From assembly GCA_963747095.1 (NCBI GenBank), contig CAVVEL010000002.1:192697-256696 (forward strand): a stretch of 64,000 nucleotides of DNA, written 5' to 3'. This stretch comes from Terriglobia bacterium (GTDB lineage: Bacteria > Acidobacteriota > Terriglobia > JAJPHL01). The notes under the pieces were generated by a model. It was not told the origin of the DNA, made no database searches, and was given only the letters and a program-made list of their open reading frames with translations. Position 1 is the stretch's first letter; the number at the start of each line of letters is the position of its first letter. Made by a program: the position numbers and the translations under genes. Shown here one piece after another: positions 21,714 to 30,902 of this stretch.

Positions 21714-23005
21714 GGCCAAGCATGTACATTCCACCATGGCCGGGTCCGAGCGCTTCGCAGCTTTCCCTTCACGCCCAGGAGTCGTTGCCCTATCCCCTGG
21801 AGAGCGCCGGCGCCATCCAGGCGAAGTCCGCCTCCCGATTCGCCGGCGCCATCCAGGCGAAGTCCGCCTCCCGATTCGCCGGCGCCATCCAGGCGAAGTC
21901 CGCCTCCCGATTCGCCGGCCGGAAGTTCTTCTACGTCGCGCGCAACGGCATCTATCACTTGTTCCGCGCCCTGGGACTGAAGAGCAGCGAAAACGTGCTG
22001 GTTCCCGATTATCACAGCGGCAACGAAACCAGCGCCATCCGCGCCGCGGGAACATCGATCTGTTTCTACCCGATCCGCCGCGATCTGCAACCGGATCGCC
22101 AAGCCATCGCGCGGCTCTGCACGCCGCAAACGCGCGCGCTCTACGTGATCCACTTCATCGGCTGGCCGCAGCCGATGGGCTGGATCACCGAGTTCTGCCG
22201 CCAGCGCGGACTGTTGCTGATTGAAGATTGCGCACTCAGCTTCTTGAGCGAAGTCAACGGCCGGCCGCTGGGATCGTTCGGCGATTACGCCGTGCATTGC
22301 TTGTACAAAACCTTGCCCGTACCGAATGGCGCCGTTCTGACGGAGAATGGCCCGCCGCTCCGGGAATTGGAAATGCTCAAAACCGTGCCGCCCGGCTTGA
22401 CCTCTGTCCTGGGCCGCTCCGCGGAATTGATTCTGGAATCGTTCCGCAGCCGCTTTCCAGTGTTGGGCGCCCAACTCGCGTCGATGAAATCGTCGGCCGG
22501 TCGCGCGTTGACGGCCGCATCCGTGGAGCGGGAACGCGTCGGTAATATCGGCTTCGACATCGGCAAAGTGGATACGGAAATGTCGCGCGGCTGCCACTGG
22601 CTCCTGGCGCGCTTCCACTACGAACTGATCCGCGAGCGCCGGCGAGCGAACTTCCTGTACCTCGAAGCACTCTTGAGAGGCAAGATGAGCATGCTTCCGC
22701 TGGAGTTAAGCGCCGGCATCTGTCCGCTCTTTCTGCCGATTCTGACGGGGAACAAATCGCTGGTCGCGGAGAAGCTACGGCGGTGCGGAATCGGCGTGGT
22801 CGAGTTTTGGAATGAAGGCGACCCGGCAGCTTGTGGTGCCGCTTCAGAGGACGCTCAATTCCTGCGCAAACACGTGCTGGAGTTGCCGATTCATCAAGGC
22901 GTGACGCCCGCGCAATTAGATTCCATTGCACGCGAAGTCATCGACCATGCGCGGCCTGTCGCCATCGCGATGGAGGAGAGAGCTTCATGCTGCGCAATCT
23001 CGTAA
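21710..23005 (+). CDS. DegT/DnrJ/EryC1/StrS-family PLP-dependent aminotransferase with three in-frame copies of the 36-bp repeat near N-terminus
   Basis: ARNGIYHLFRALGLKSSENVLVPDYHSGNETSAIRAAG...IHFIGWPQPM...YAVHCLYKTLPVPNGAVL (candidate PLP-lysine); repeat encodes AIQAKSASRFAG x3. Confidence 0.7.
   Translation: MRPSMYIPPWPGPSASQLSLHAQESLPYPLESAGAIQAKSASRFAGAIQAKSASRFAGAIQAKSASRFAGRKFFYVARNGIYHLFRALGLKSSENVLVPDYHSGNETSAIRAAGTSICFYPIRRDLQPDRQAIARLCTPQTRALYVIHFIGWPQPMGWITEFCRQRGLLLIEDCALSFLSEVNGRPLGSFGDYAVHCLYKTLPVPNGAVLTENGPPLRELEMLKTVPPGLTSVLGRSAELILESFRSRFPVLGAQLASMKSSAGRALTAASVERERVGNIGFDIGKVDTEMSRGCHWLLARFHYELIRERRRANFLYLEALLRGKMSMLPLELSAGICPLFLPILTGNKSLVAEKLRRCGIGVVEFWNEGDPAACGAASEDAQFLRKHVLELPIHQGVTPAQLDSIAREVIDHARPVAIAMEERASCCAIS
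21805..21920. repeat. 36-bp dispersed repeat, 3.2 perfect tandem copies
   Basis: cgccggcgccatccaggcgaagtccgcctcccgatt x3 + cgccggcc. Confidence 0.9.
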
Positions 23006-23982
23006 AGACGGGTCTGGCGTGGGGATTGGATCGAACCGGCATTCGCCGTAAGCGCTCGCCGTTTATTGTCGGTTATCACCGAACCGTCGAGGAGTTTCCG
23101 TCCGATCCCAAGGCCGGGATTCCGTCGCTGTGCGTCAGCGTCAAGATGCTGGAACGGCAACTGGATTGGATCGGCCAGCGCTTTCGTTTCGTGGCCCTTG
23201 ACGAAATCAGAGCCGAAATCGGCGGTGAAATCGCTGCCGAAAGAAGGGACCCCGTGGCCGCCGTCACCTTCGACGATGGCTACGAAGATTTTTACCGGCT
23301 TGCTTTTCCGCTTCTCAAGAGGAAAGGAATCCCCGCCGCGGTCTTTGTAGTGACCGACCTGGTTGGCACTTCGGAACTGCAAATTCACGACCGGCTCTAT
23401 CTATTGCTGGCGCGATCCATGCCGTGCCACGCCGCGCAGGCTAGCTTGGAGTCCATCTTGTCTACCCGGCCGCAGTCGGAAGTGTTGCGTTGGATCCTCG
23501 AACTGGAGGCCAGCGTGACCATCGATCTGGACATTCAGAAACAACACCGTTCCTTGAATTGGGACCAGATCGCAGAACTGCACAGGGCCGGGATCACCAT
23601 CGGATCTCACACGCGAACGCACGCCGTCCTGCCGAGCGAGGGATTCAGCAAGGTGGCGGAGGAACTGCGCGGCTCGCGGCAAATTCTGGAGGAAAGGTTG
23701 GGCGAGCCGGTCCGCCATTTCGCCTATCCGTGCGGCCAGTTCAACGCCACGACCATCGCGGCCGTAGAGCAAGCCGGCTATCAATTCGCTTACACAATTT
23801 GCGACCATCGCGCCAAACAGTCGCCTGCGCTGACCATTCCACGGAAACTGCTTTGGGAAAATTCCTGCCTGAGCGCCCTGGGATCGTTCAGTTCATCGAT
23901 CATGACCGGCCACGCCAACGGAACGTTTGATCTGTTCGCCGGATGCAAGTTGAATCACGGAGGCGTCTTATGTTGGTCCTGA
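22987..23982 (+). CDS. Polysaccharide deacetylase (NodB homology domain)
   Basis: VTFDDGYEDFYRLAFPLLKRKGIPAAVFVVT...GSHTRTHAVL...FAYPCGQFN. Confidence 0.75.
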   Translation: MLRNLVKTGLAWGLDRTGIRRKRSPFIVGYHRTVEEFPSDPKAGIPSLCVSVKMLERQLDWIGQRFRFVALDEIRAEIGGEIAAERRDPVAAVTFDDGYEDFYRLAFPLLKRKGIPAAVFVVTDLVGTSELQIHDRLYLLLARSMPCHAAQASLESILSTRPQSEVLRWILELEASVTIDLDIQKQHRSLNWDQIAELHRAGITIGSHTRTHAVLPSEGFSKVAEELRGSRQILEERLGEPVRHFAYPCGQFNATTIAAVEQAGYQFAYTICDHRAKQSPALTIPRKLLWENSCLSALGSFSSSIMTGHANGTFDLFAGCKLNHGGVLCWS

Positions 23983-25091
23983 ACGTGGTTGGCGCGCGTC
24001 CCAACTTCATGAAGATTGCACCGGTGGTGGAAGCGCTCCGTCAAGCCGGCGTGCCGCAATACCTGGTTCACACGGGTCAGCACTACGACGAGAAAATGTC
24101 CCGGTTGTTTTTCGAGGAACTGGGCATTCCCGTGCCGGATGTAAATCTGGAAGTTGGTTCCGGCAGCCAGGCGATGCAGACGGCGGAAGTGATGCGCCGC
24201 TTCGAGCCGGTACTGCTGTCAACGAAGCCGGATATCGTGGTGGTCGTGGGAGACGTAAATTCGACCTTGGCATGCGCTCTGGTGGCGTCGAAGCTGGGCA
24301 TTCCCGTGGCGCACATCGAAGCCGGGCTGCGCAGCTTCGATCGTTCGATGCCGGAGGAAATCAATCGCGTGTTGACGGATTGCATCTCCGATCTGCTGTT
24401 CGTCAGTGAGCCGAGCGGTATGACTAACTTGAGTCATGAGGGCGTAGCCAAGGAGAAAGTACACTCTGTCGGCAACGTGATGATCGACACGTTGTTACGG
24501 CACCGGGCGGCGGCCGAGAACAGCGATATCCACGCACGTCTTGGATTGAAAGCCGCGGAGCGCTACGCCTTGGTCACGTTGCACCGTCCGTCGAACGTGG
24601 ACAATCCTGAAAAGCTGCGCGGTTTGTTCGGCGCGCTGGCGACTGTGTCGCGCGATCTCACCGTGGTGTTTCCGATGCATCCGCGTACCAGAAAGAATGC
24701 TGTGGAAGCAGGTTTGGAACGGGAGTTCCAATGCCTGACGACCACCGATCCATTGGGATATCTGGATTTTCTGCATCTGATGAGCCGCGCTGCGGTGGTG
24801 ATCACCGATTCCGGTGGCATTCAGGAAGAAACTACGGTGCTCGGCGTGCCGTGCCTGACGGTTCGCGAAAACACCGAACGCCCAGTGACGATCAGCGAAG
24901 GGACGAACACCCTGATCGGAACGAATCCCGAGGCGATGCTCCGTGCGGTAAGCCAAGTCTTGCGCGGCCCGCGGCGCGCCGGAAGGACGCCGGCCCTTTG
25001 GGACGGCCAGGCGGCCCAGCGGATTGTCGCGATTCTGGTGGAGACGTTGTCTCACTCGAGATCTACCACGCCGGCCGTGGCGACGGCATGA
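23969..25091 (+). CDS. wecB: UDP-N-acetylglucosamine 2-epimerase (non-hydrolysing)
   Basis: [11 protein letters not shown]...[11 protein letters not shown]...[19 protein letters not shown]...[10 protein letters not shown]. Confidence 0.85.
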
Positions 25092-25963
25092 AGGTGAAGA
25101 TCAACGCCAAGGAGTTTCGAGTTGAGCCGGGAAAGAAGGTCCACCTTCGCGATTGGCCGACCAAGGTCAGGCCGTTCCATAAATCGAAGAAGCGGTACCA
25201 GGAGCTCCTGGAGGAACACGTTGCGAGATTGAGTTCGCTCCAACAGCTTCACTACGCCTCGAATCGCTATGCCTTGCTGGTGGTTTTCCAGGCTCTCGAC
25301 GCCGCCGGTAAAGATGGCGCAATTCGCCACGTCATGTCGGGCGTCAACCCGCAAGGCTGCCAGGTGTCCGGCTTCAAGCAACCGACACCCGAGGAATTGG
25401 AGCACGATTTTCTCTGGCGCACCACGCGGCGGCTTCCCGAGCGCGGGCAGATCGGCATCTTCAATCGTTCCTACTACGAGGAAGTGCTGGTGGTTCGAGT
25501 GCATCCGGAGATTCTCCGCGGCGAGGGACTCTCGGAAGAGTTGCGCGACGAAAAGACCGTCTGGGAGAAGCGCTATCGCTCGATCGTCGATCTGGAAGAA
25601 CATCTCCATCGGAACGGAACGCGAATCGTCAAAGTGTTCCTTCACCTTTCGAGGAATGAACAGCGCAAGCGGCTCCTCGCACGTATCGACGATCCGGAGA
25701 AGAACTGGAAATTCAGCCTGGCGGACATTCACGAGAGAAAATACTGGAAGCAGTACCGCAAGGCTTATGAAGCCTGTCTCAGCGCGACCAGCACCCATCA
25801 CGCCCCCTGGTACGTGGTTCCCGCCGACGACAAGGAAAACGCGCGGTTAATTGTTTCGCAAATTGTCCTGGATACGCTCAAGGGTCTGAGGATGGAGTAT
25901 CCCAAGACCACTCCCAAACGCCGCCGGGAATTAAGAGCTATTCGCAAACTGCTGGAGAAGTAG
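25088..25963 (+). CDS. ppk2: Polyphosphate kinase 2 family (PPK2; polyphosphate:nucleotide phosphotransferase)
   Basis: [22 protein letters not shown] (Walker A-like), [23 protein letters not shown], lid region; ATG overlaps wecB stop. Confidence 0.85.
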   Translation: MKVKINAKEFRVEPGKKVHLRDWPTKVRPFHKSKKRYQELLEEHVARLSSLQQLHYASNRYALLVVFQALDAAGKDGAIRHVMSGVNPQGCQVSGFKQPTPEELEHDFLWRTTRRLPERGQIGIFNRSYYEEVLVVRVHPEILRGEGLSEELRDEKTVWEKRYRSIVDLEEHLHRNGTRIVKVFLHLSRNEQRKRLLARIDDPEKNWKFSLADIHERKYWKQYRKAYEACLSATSTHHAPWYVVPADDKENARLIVSQIVLDTLKGLRMEYPKTTPKRRRELRAIRKLLEK

Positions 25964-25974
25964 CGTCCTCGCGA

Positions 25975-26012
25975 TTTCGCGCGCGTACCCCGTCCCACCA
26001 ATGTTGGAGGCT
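25975..26012. repeat. 35-bp direct repeat copy A (gcgcgtacCccgtcccaccaatgttggaggct)
   Basis: Near-identical to 27841..27875 (one mismatch); brackets Fic segment. Confidence 0.8.
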
Positions 26013-26551
26013 ATCTGCGGATTTCGACGCTCCCACAGACTCGCGAAAACGTTAGTGAACTTGTGAAGTGGAGTTCTTAAGGGTCCTTGGCCGCTTTCAC
26101 CGAAGCGGCTCCGTTCCTTCATTCAAGATCGCCAAGTAGGCATCGTAGACGAAGAGCCGGTGACGCTGCCGCCCGGTTATCTCCCGGAGCATGCCCAACT
26201 GGCGCATGTGCTCCAACGATTTCGCCACGGTCGGCGCGGAGATACCGATGCTCCTGGCCGAGGCGGGGATGGAGATGATCGGGTTTCGTTGCATGTGTTC
26301 GAAGACCCGCAGCACGGAGGCCGCCGGACGGCCCAAGGCCTGGATCTTGCGATGGTGGTCCTCGAAAACCGCGAGGATTCGGCGGGCAGCGGTGGCGGCT
26401 TGTTCGGCGGTATCCCGGACGCCGGTCAGGAAGAATTCCAGCCAAGTCTCCCACTCGCCCGTTGTTCGCACCCTGTCCAGCAATTCGTTGTAGGCGGGCC
26501 GATGCTGCTTGAAGTAGAGGCTCAAGTAGAGGATGGGTTCCCGCAGCACGC

Positions 26552-26594
26552 CGCCGGCGCCATCCAGGCGAAGTTCGCCTCCCGATTCGCCGGC
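26552..26594. repeat. 36-bp dispersed repeat, 1.2 copies (one mismatch), in-frame inside Fic core
   Basis: cgccggcgccatccaggcgaagtTcgcctcccgattcgccggcac. Confidence 0.85.
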
Positions 26595-26935
26595 ACACAG
26601 CAAGAATGTGATGAGTAACCGGCCCAGGCGGCCATTGCCGTCGAGGAACGGATGGATCGTCTCAAACTGGACGTGGGCCAGCCCGGCCTTGATGAGCAAC
26701 GGGAGGTCGGCCCGCTCGTTGTGCAGAAACAGTTCCAGGGCGCTCATGCATTCGGGGACCAGTTCGGGGGGCGGCGGCACGAAGGCCGCGGTCCCCGGGC
26801 GGGTTCCGCCGATCCAGTTCTGGGTTTTCCGGAACTCGCCGGGCTGTTTGTCGCTGCCCCGGCCCTTCGACAGGAGAACTTCGTGAATCTCCCGGATGGG
26901 CCGCAAGGAGAGCGGGAAGCCCTCGCGGAGCCGTT

Positions 26936-27042
26936 CCAGTCCATGATTCAGCGCCGCAACGTAATTCGAGCATTTAACCGCCTTTTTCCTCTGGTGTTAG
27001 TTCCCGAGTTCCAGTCCATGATTCAGCGCCGCAACGTAATTC
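26936..27042. repeat. 33-bp direct duplication (ccagtccatgattcagcgccgcaacgtaattcg) flanking 41-bp unique insert inside Fic
   Basis: Copies at 26936..26968 and 27010..27042; 74-bp period shifts frame. Confidence 0.8.
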
Positions 27043-27790
27043 GGGACCTCCTGCACGTCAATCAGCGGTACACCCGGCGCTTCGCCGTTTTCAAACAGAA
27101 GCAGGTCGGATAGCAAAGACTGTGTCCCCTCGATCTGGGACGACAGCACCGCCTCCTTGCGAACGTAGGCGTAGATGAAAAGGGACAGGTTCGGCAGTGC
27201 GGAGGCCAAGCCATCAAGCCGTCCGAGGGACTGGTTGGCCTGATCGAGCTGCCGCTGGAGCATCTCCAGGCGCACCGGGGGATCGGGCGGGAGGGGTGGT
27301 GGCACGAACGCCTTGACGGTCTCCGCGCCGTAAGCTTTGACGATGTAGCGGCCCAGTCGTCGCTGGTCCCCTGGCAAAGGCATTAGGTCCTTTCGTTAGG
27401 GTTGGCCTTACGAAAGGATATACCATTTTTGTTTCGTTAGCGATGGCTAGGAAGCAACGGGAACCTTCCTTGCAACCTTCGGTGCTGCCATCAGCCCCTA
27501 ACAGGCCCTTTTTTTGGCCGATTTCGAGACAGTCAGAACACCAGTTGGGTAACAGAACCAGTAGGTTAGCCCCCGAAAGCGTCCCATTTATTTCGAGGGC
27601 GGGGTGTGCGCCGGCGAGCGCTTTATTGCCGTAAGTGTATTTGCATCAATAGGATAACATCCCAGTCTTGACCTTGTATATGGGGTTGGATATGCCATGG
27701 GGTAGGATATGCCACGAGGAGGACCTGCACGACCCCCACGACGGGCCGTCTCCGCTGCTGGGGCCCGGAAAAGGTTCCGGCAGATACACC

Positions 27791-30700
27791 AACTCTCGCT
27801 CATGTGGATCGGATCGCCCCGGCATCTCTGTGATTTCCCGCGCGTACTCCGTCCCACCAATGTTGGAGGCTGTCGAAGTATAGATAAACCACCGGCGTCG
27901 TGTATAAGCGTCAGCAATTGGCTCACGATCAGCCCGCCGATGATCGTGATTCCCAGCGGACGGCGAAGCTCGGATCCTGTGCCGGTTCCCAGCGCCAGCG
28001 GCAAGGCGCCCAGCAGCGCGGCCATGGTGGTCATCAGGATCGGGCGGAAGCGCAACAGGCATGCTTCGACAATGGAGTCGTGGGAGTTCTTGCCTTCGTT
28101 CCGCTCGGCGGCCAGAGCGAAGTCGATCATCATGATGGCGTTCTTTTTCACGATGCCGATCAGCAGAATGATGCCGATGATGGCGATGATGCTGAGGTCG
28201 GTGTGGGTGAGCAGAAGCGCCAGCAGCGCGCCGACGCTCGCCGCGGGAAGGCTGGAAATGATGGTGATGGGATGGATATAGCTCTCATACAGCATCGCCA
28301 GGATGAGGTAGACCGTCACCAGCGCCGCCGCAATCAGGAGCGGCTCGCTGGCCAGCGAGTCCTGGTAGGCTTGCGCGGTGCCGGCGAATTCGGTCTGGAT
28401 GGTGGGCGGAAGCCCGATCTTCGCCGCCGCCGCGGTCGTGGCATTCACGGCATCGCCCAGCGCGACGCCGGGCTTCAGGTTGAAGGAAATCGTCACCGCC
28501 GGAAACAGACCCTGGTGGGTCACCGTCAGCGGCGCGGTAGTGGAGGCGAATTTGGCGAAGGCGCTCAAGGGAACCTGTTGTCCGCTCGGCGAGTTCACAT
28601 AGATCTGCTGCAGAAACAGCGGATTCTGCCAGAACTCCGGCGCCGCCTCCATCACCACGTGATACTGATTCAGCGAGGTGTACATGGTGGATACCTGGCG
28701 CTGGCCGAAGGCGTCGTAGAGCGTGTTGTCGATCAGTTGCGGCGTGATGCCGAAGCGCGCGGCGGTCGCGCGATCGTACTGAATCATGGCCTGCAAGCCG
28801 CGGTTCTGCTGATCGCTGCTCACGTCGGCAATGATCGGAATGGTCTTGAACTGTTCGAGCATCTTGGGCGCAAACTGATTGAGATCGTCCAGATTGTCGC
28901 CCTGCATGGTGAATTGATATTGGGCGTTGCTCTGCCGGCCGCCGACGCGCAGATCCTGCGCGGCTTGCAGGTACAGGGTGGCGCCGGGCACCTTGGCCAA
29001 CTTCGGCCGCAGCCGCGCGATGATCAGGTCGGCCGAGATTTTCCGCTCGCTCGAGCGGCTTGAGCGAGATGAACAGACGCGCCGTGTTGTACGTGCTGCC
29101 GCCCGTAAATCCGTTCACGGTGTCAACGGCCGGGTCGGCGGCGACGATATTGATCATCGGCAGCATGATCTTGTCCATGGCTTGAAACGAGGTGTCCTGG
29201 TCGGCGTGAATCGATCCCTGAATCCGTCCGTTATCCTGTTGCGGGAAAAATCCCTTGGGCACGCGAATGAACAGGTAAACGTTCAGCCCGATCGTGGCCA
29301 GCAGGACCAGCAGCGTAATCGCGCGAAAACGGAGCGCGACGGACAGCGTCCTGCCGTACAGATTCACCACCCAGTCGAAGGCCCGCTCGCTGGTGCGGTA
29401 CATCCAGCCATGGGATCCGTGCTCCTTTCAAGAGATGAGCGCACATCATGGGAGTCGCGGTGAGCGAAACCACCATGGAAACCGCGATGGCGACGGAGAG
29501 CGTCACGGCGAATTCGCGAAACAGGCGGCCCACGATGCCTCCCATCAGAAGCAGGGGAATGAACACCGCAATCAGCGAAACGCTGATGGTCAACACGGTA
29601 GAGCCGATTTCCTGCGCGCCCTTCAGCGCGGCCTCGAAGGGATGCATGCCCTGTTCCAGATAGCGCGTGATGTTCTCGATCACCACAATCGCGTCGTCCA
29701 CCACAAAGCCGGTGGAGATGGTCAGCGCCATCAGCGAAAGATTGTCCAGGCTGTAGCCCAGCAGATACATCACGCCGAAGGTTCCCACCAGCGACACGGG
29801 GACGGCGACGCTGGGAATGAAGGTGGTCCGCGCGTTTCTCAGGAAAACGAAAACCACCAGAATCACCAGCATCACCGAGATGATCAGGGTCCTCTCCGTG
29901 TCGCTGCACGGACGCGCGGATGGTGACCGTTTGATCCATGGCCACCTTCACATCGATCGAATGCGGAATGGAGGATTGAATCTGCGGAAGGACCGCCCGG
30001 ATGCGATCCACCGTATCGATGATGTTCGCGCCGGGTTGGCGGAAGATGATGACCAGAACGGATGGCTTGCCGTTCGCGTAGCCCGAATTGCGAAGGTCTT
30101 CCACGGAATCCTGCGCCTGGCCGACATCGGAGATGCGCACGGCCGATCCGTTGCGGTAGGCAACCACCAACGGCTCATAATCGCTGGCCTTGAAGATTTG
30201 ATCGTTGGCGCCCACTTCCCACATGCGAAGGCCGTCCGAAAAATGTCCCTTGGGCGTATTGGCATTGGCGCCGCTCAAGCACGGTCCGGACCTGCTCCAG
30301 GCCGATGCCATACTTGTTCAGAGCCGTCGGATTCAGCTCGATCCGAACGCCCGGAAGCGAGCTTCCTCCCACGGTCACCTGTCCCACGCCGCTCACCTGG
30401 GCCAGCTTCTGCGCCATGATCGTCGAGGCGGCGTCGTACATCTGGCCCCTGGTGAGGACGGCCGAGGTGAGGGCCAGCATGAAGATGGGCGAGTCGGCCG
30501 GATTCACTTTCCGGTACGAAGGATTGTTGGGAAGATTGGATGGGCAGATAGCCGCGGGCGGCGTTGATGGCGGCTTGCACGTCGCGCGCGGCGGCGTCGA
30601 TGTCGCGGTCCAGATCGAATTGCAGCGTGATGCTGGTGGATCCGAGGGCGCTCGACGAGGTCATCTCGGTGACCGCCGCGATGCGCCCGAATTGCCGCTC

Positions 30701-30902
30701 CAGCGGCGTCGCCACGGAGGAGGCCATGGTCTCGGGACTCGCCCCCGGCAAACCGGCGCTCACGGAGATGGTCGGAAAGTCCACCTCGCGGCAGCGGCGA
30801 CACCGGGAGCAGCCGGTAGGCCGCGGCGCCGGCCAAGGTAATCGCGACCACCAGGAGCGTGGTGGCGACGGGCTTGCGGATGAAGGGCTCCGAAATATTC
30901 AT
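27791..30902 (-). pseudogene. RND efflux transporter (HAE1/AcrB-MdtC-like), at least six frame switches
   Basis: Fragments in ORFs 30504..30902 ([25 protein letters not shown]), 30275..30784, 29364..30311, 29231..29875 (TM region ...[20 protein letters not shown]), 28285..29403, 27588..29000 (...IGLPPTIQTEFAGTAQAY...[14 protein letters not shown]...[17 protein letters not shown]); C-terminal tail after LYFDSLQ is atypical. Confidence 0.7.
27841..27875. repeat. 35-bp direct repeat copy B (gcgcgtacTccgtcccaccaatgttggaggct)
   Basis: Matches 25979..26012; lies over the aberrant 3' end of RND gene 1. Confidence 0.8.

Larger units (their letters stand above)
26097..27383 (-). pseudogene. Fic/DOC family protein (AMPylation-type HPFx[DE]GNGR motif), split by 74-bp internal insertion/duplication; also carries in-frame 36-bp repeat
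   Basis: N-terminal ORF 26997..27383 (...NYVAALNHGLELGN*) and C-terminal ORF 26097..26906 with HPFLDGNGRLGRLLITFLLCAG-[ESGGELRLDGAG]-GVLREPILYLS; C-terminal HTH. Confidence 0.7.
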
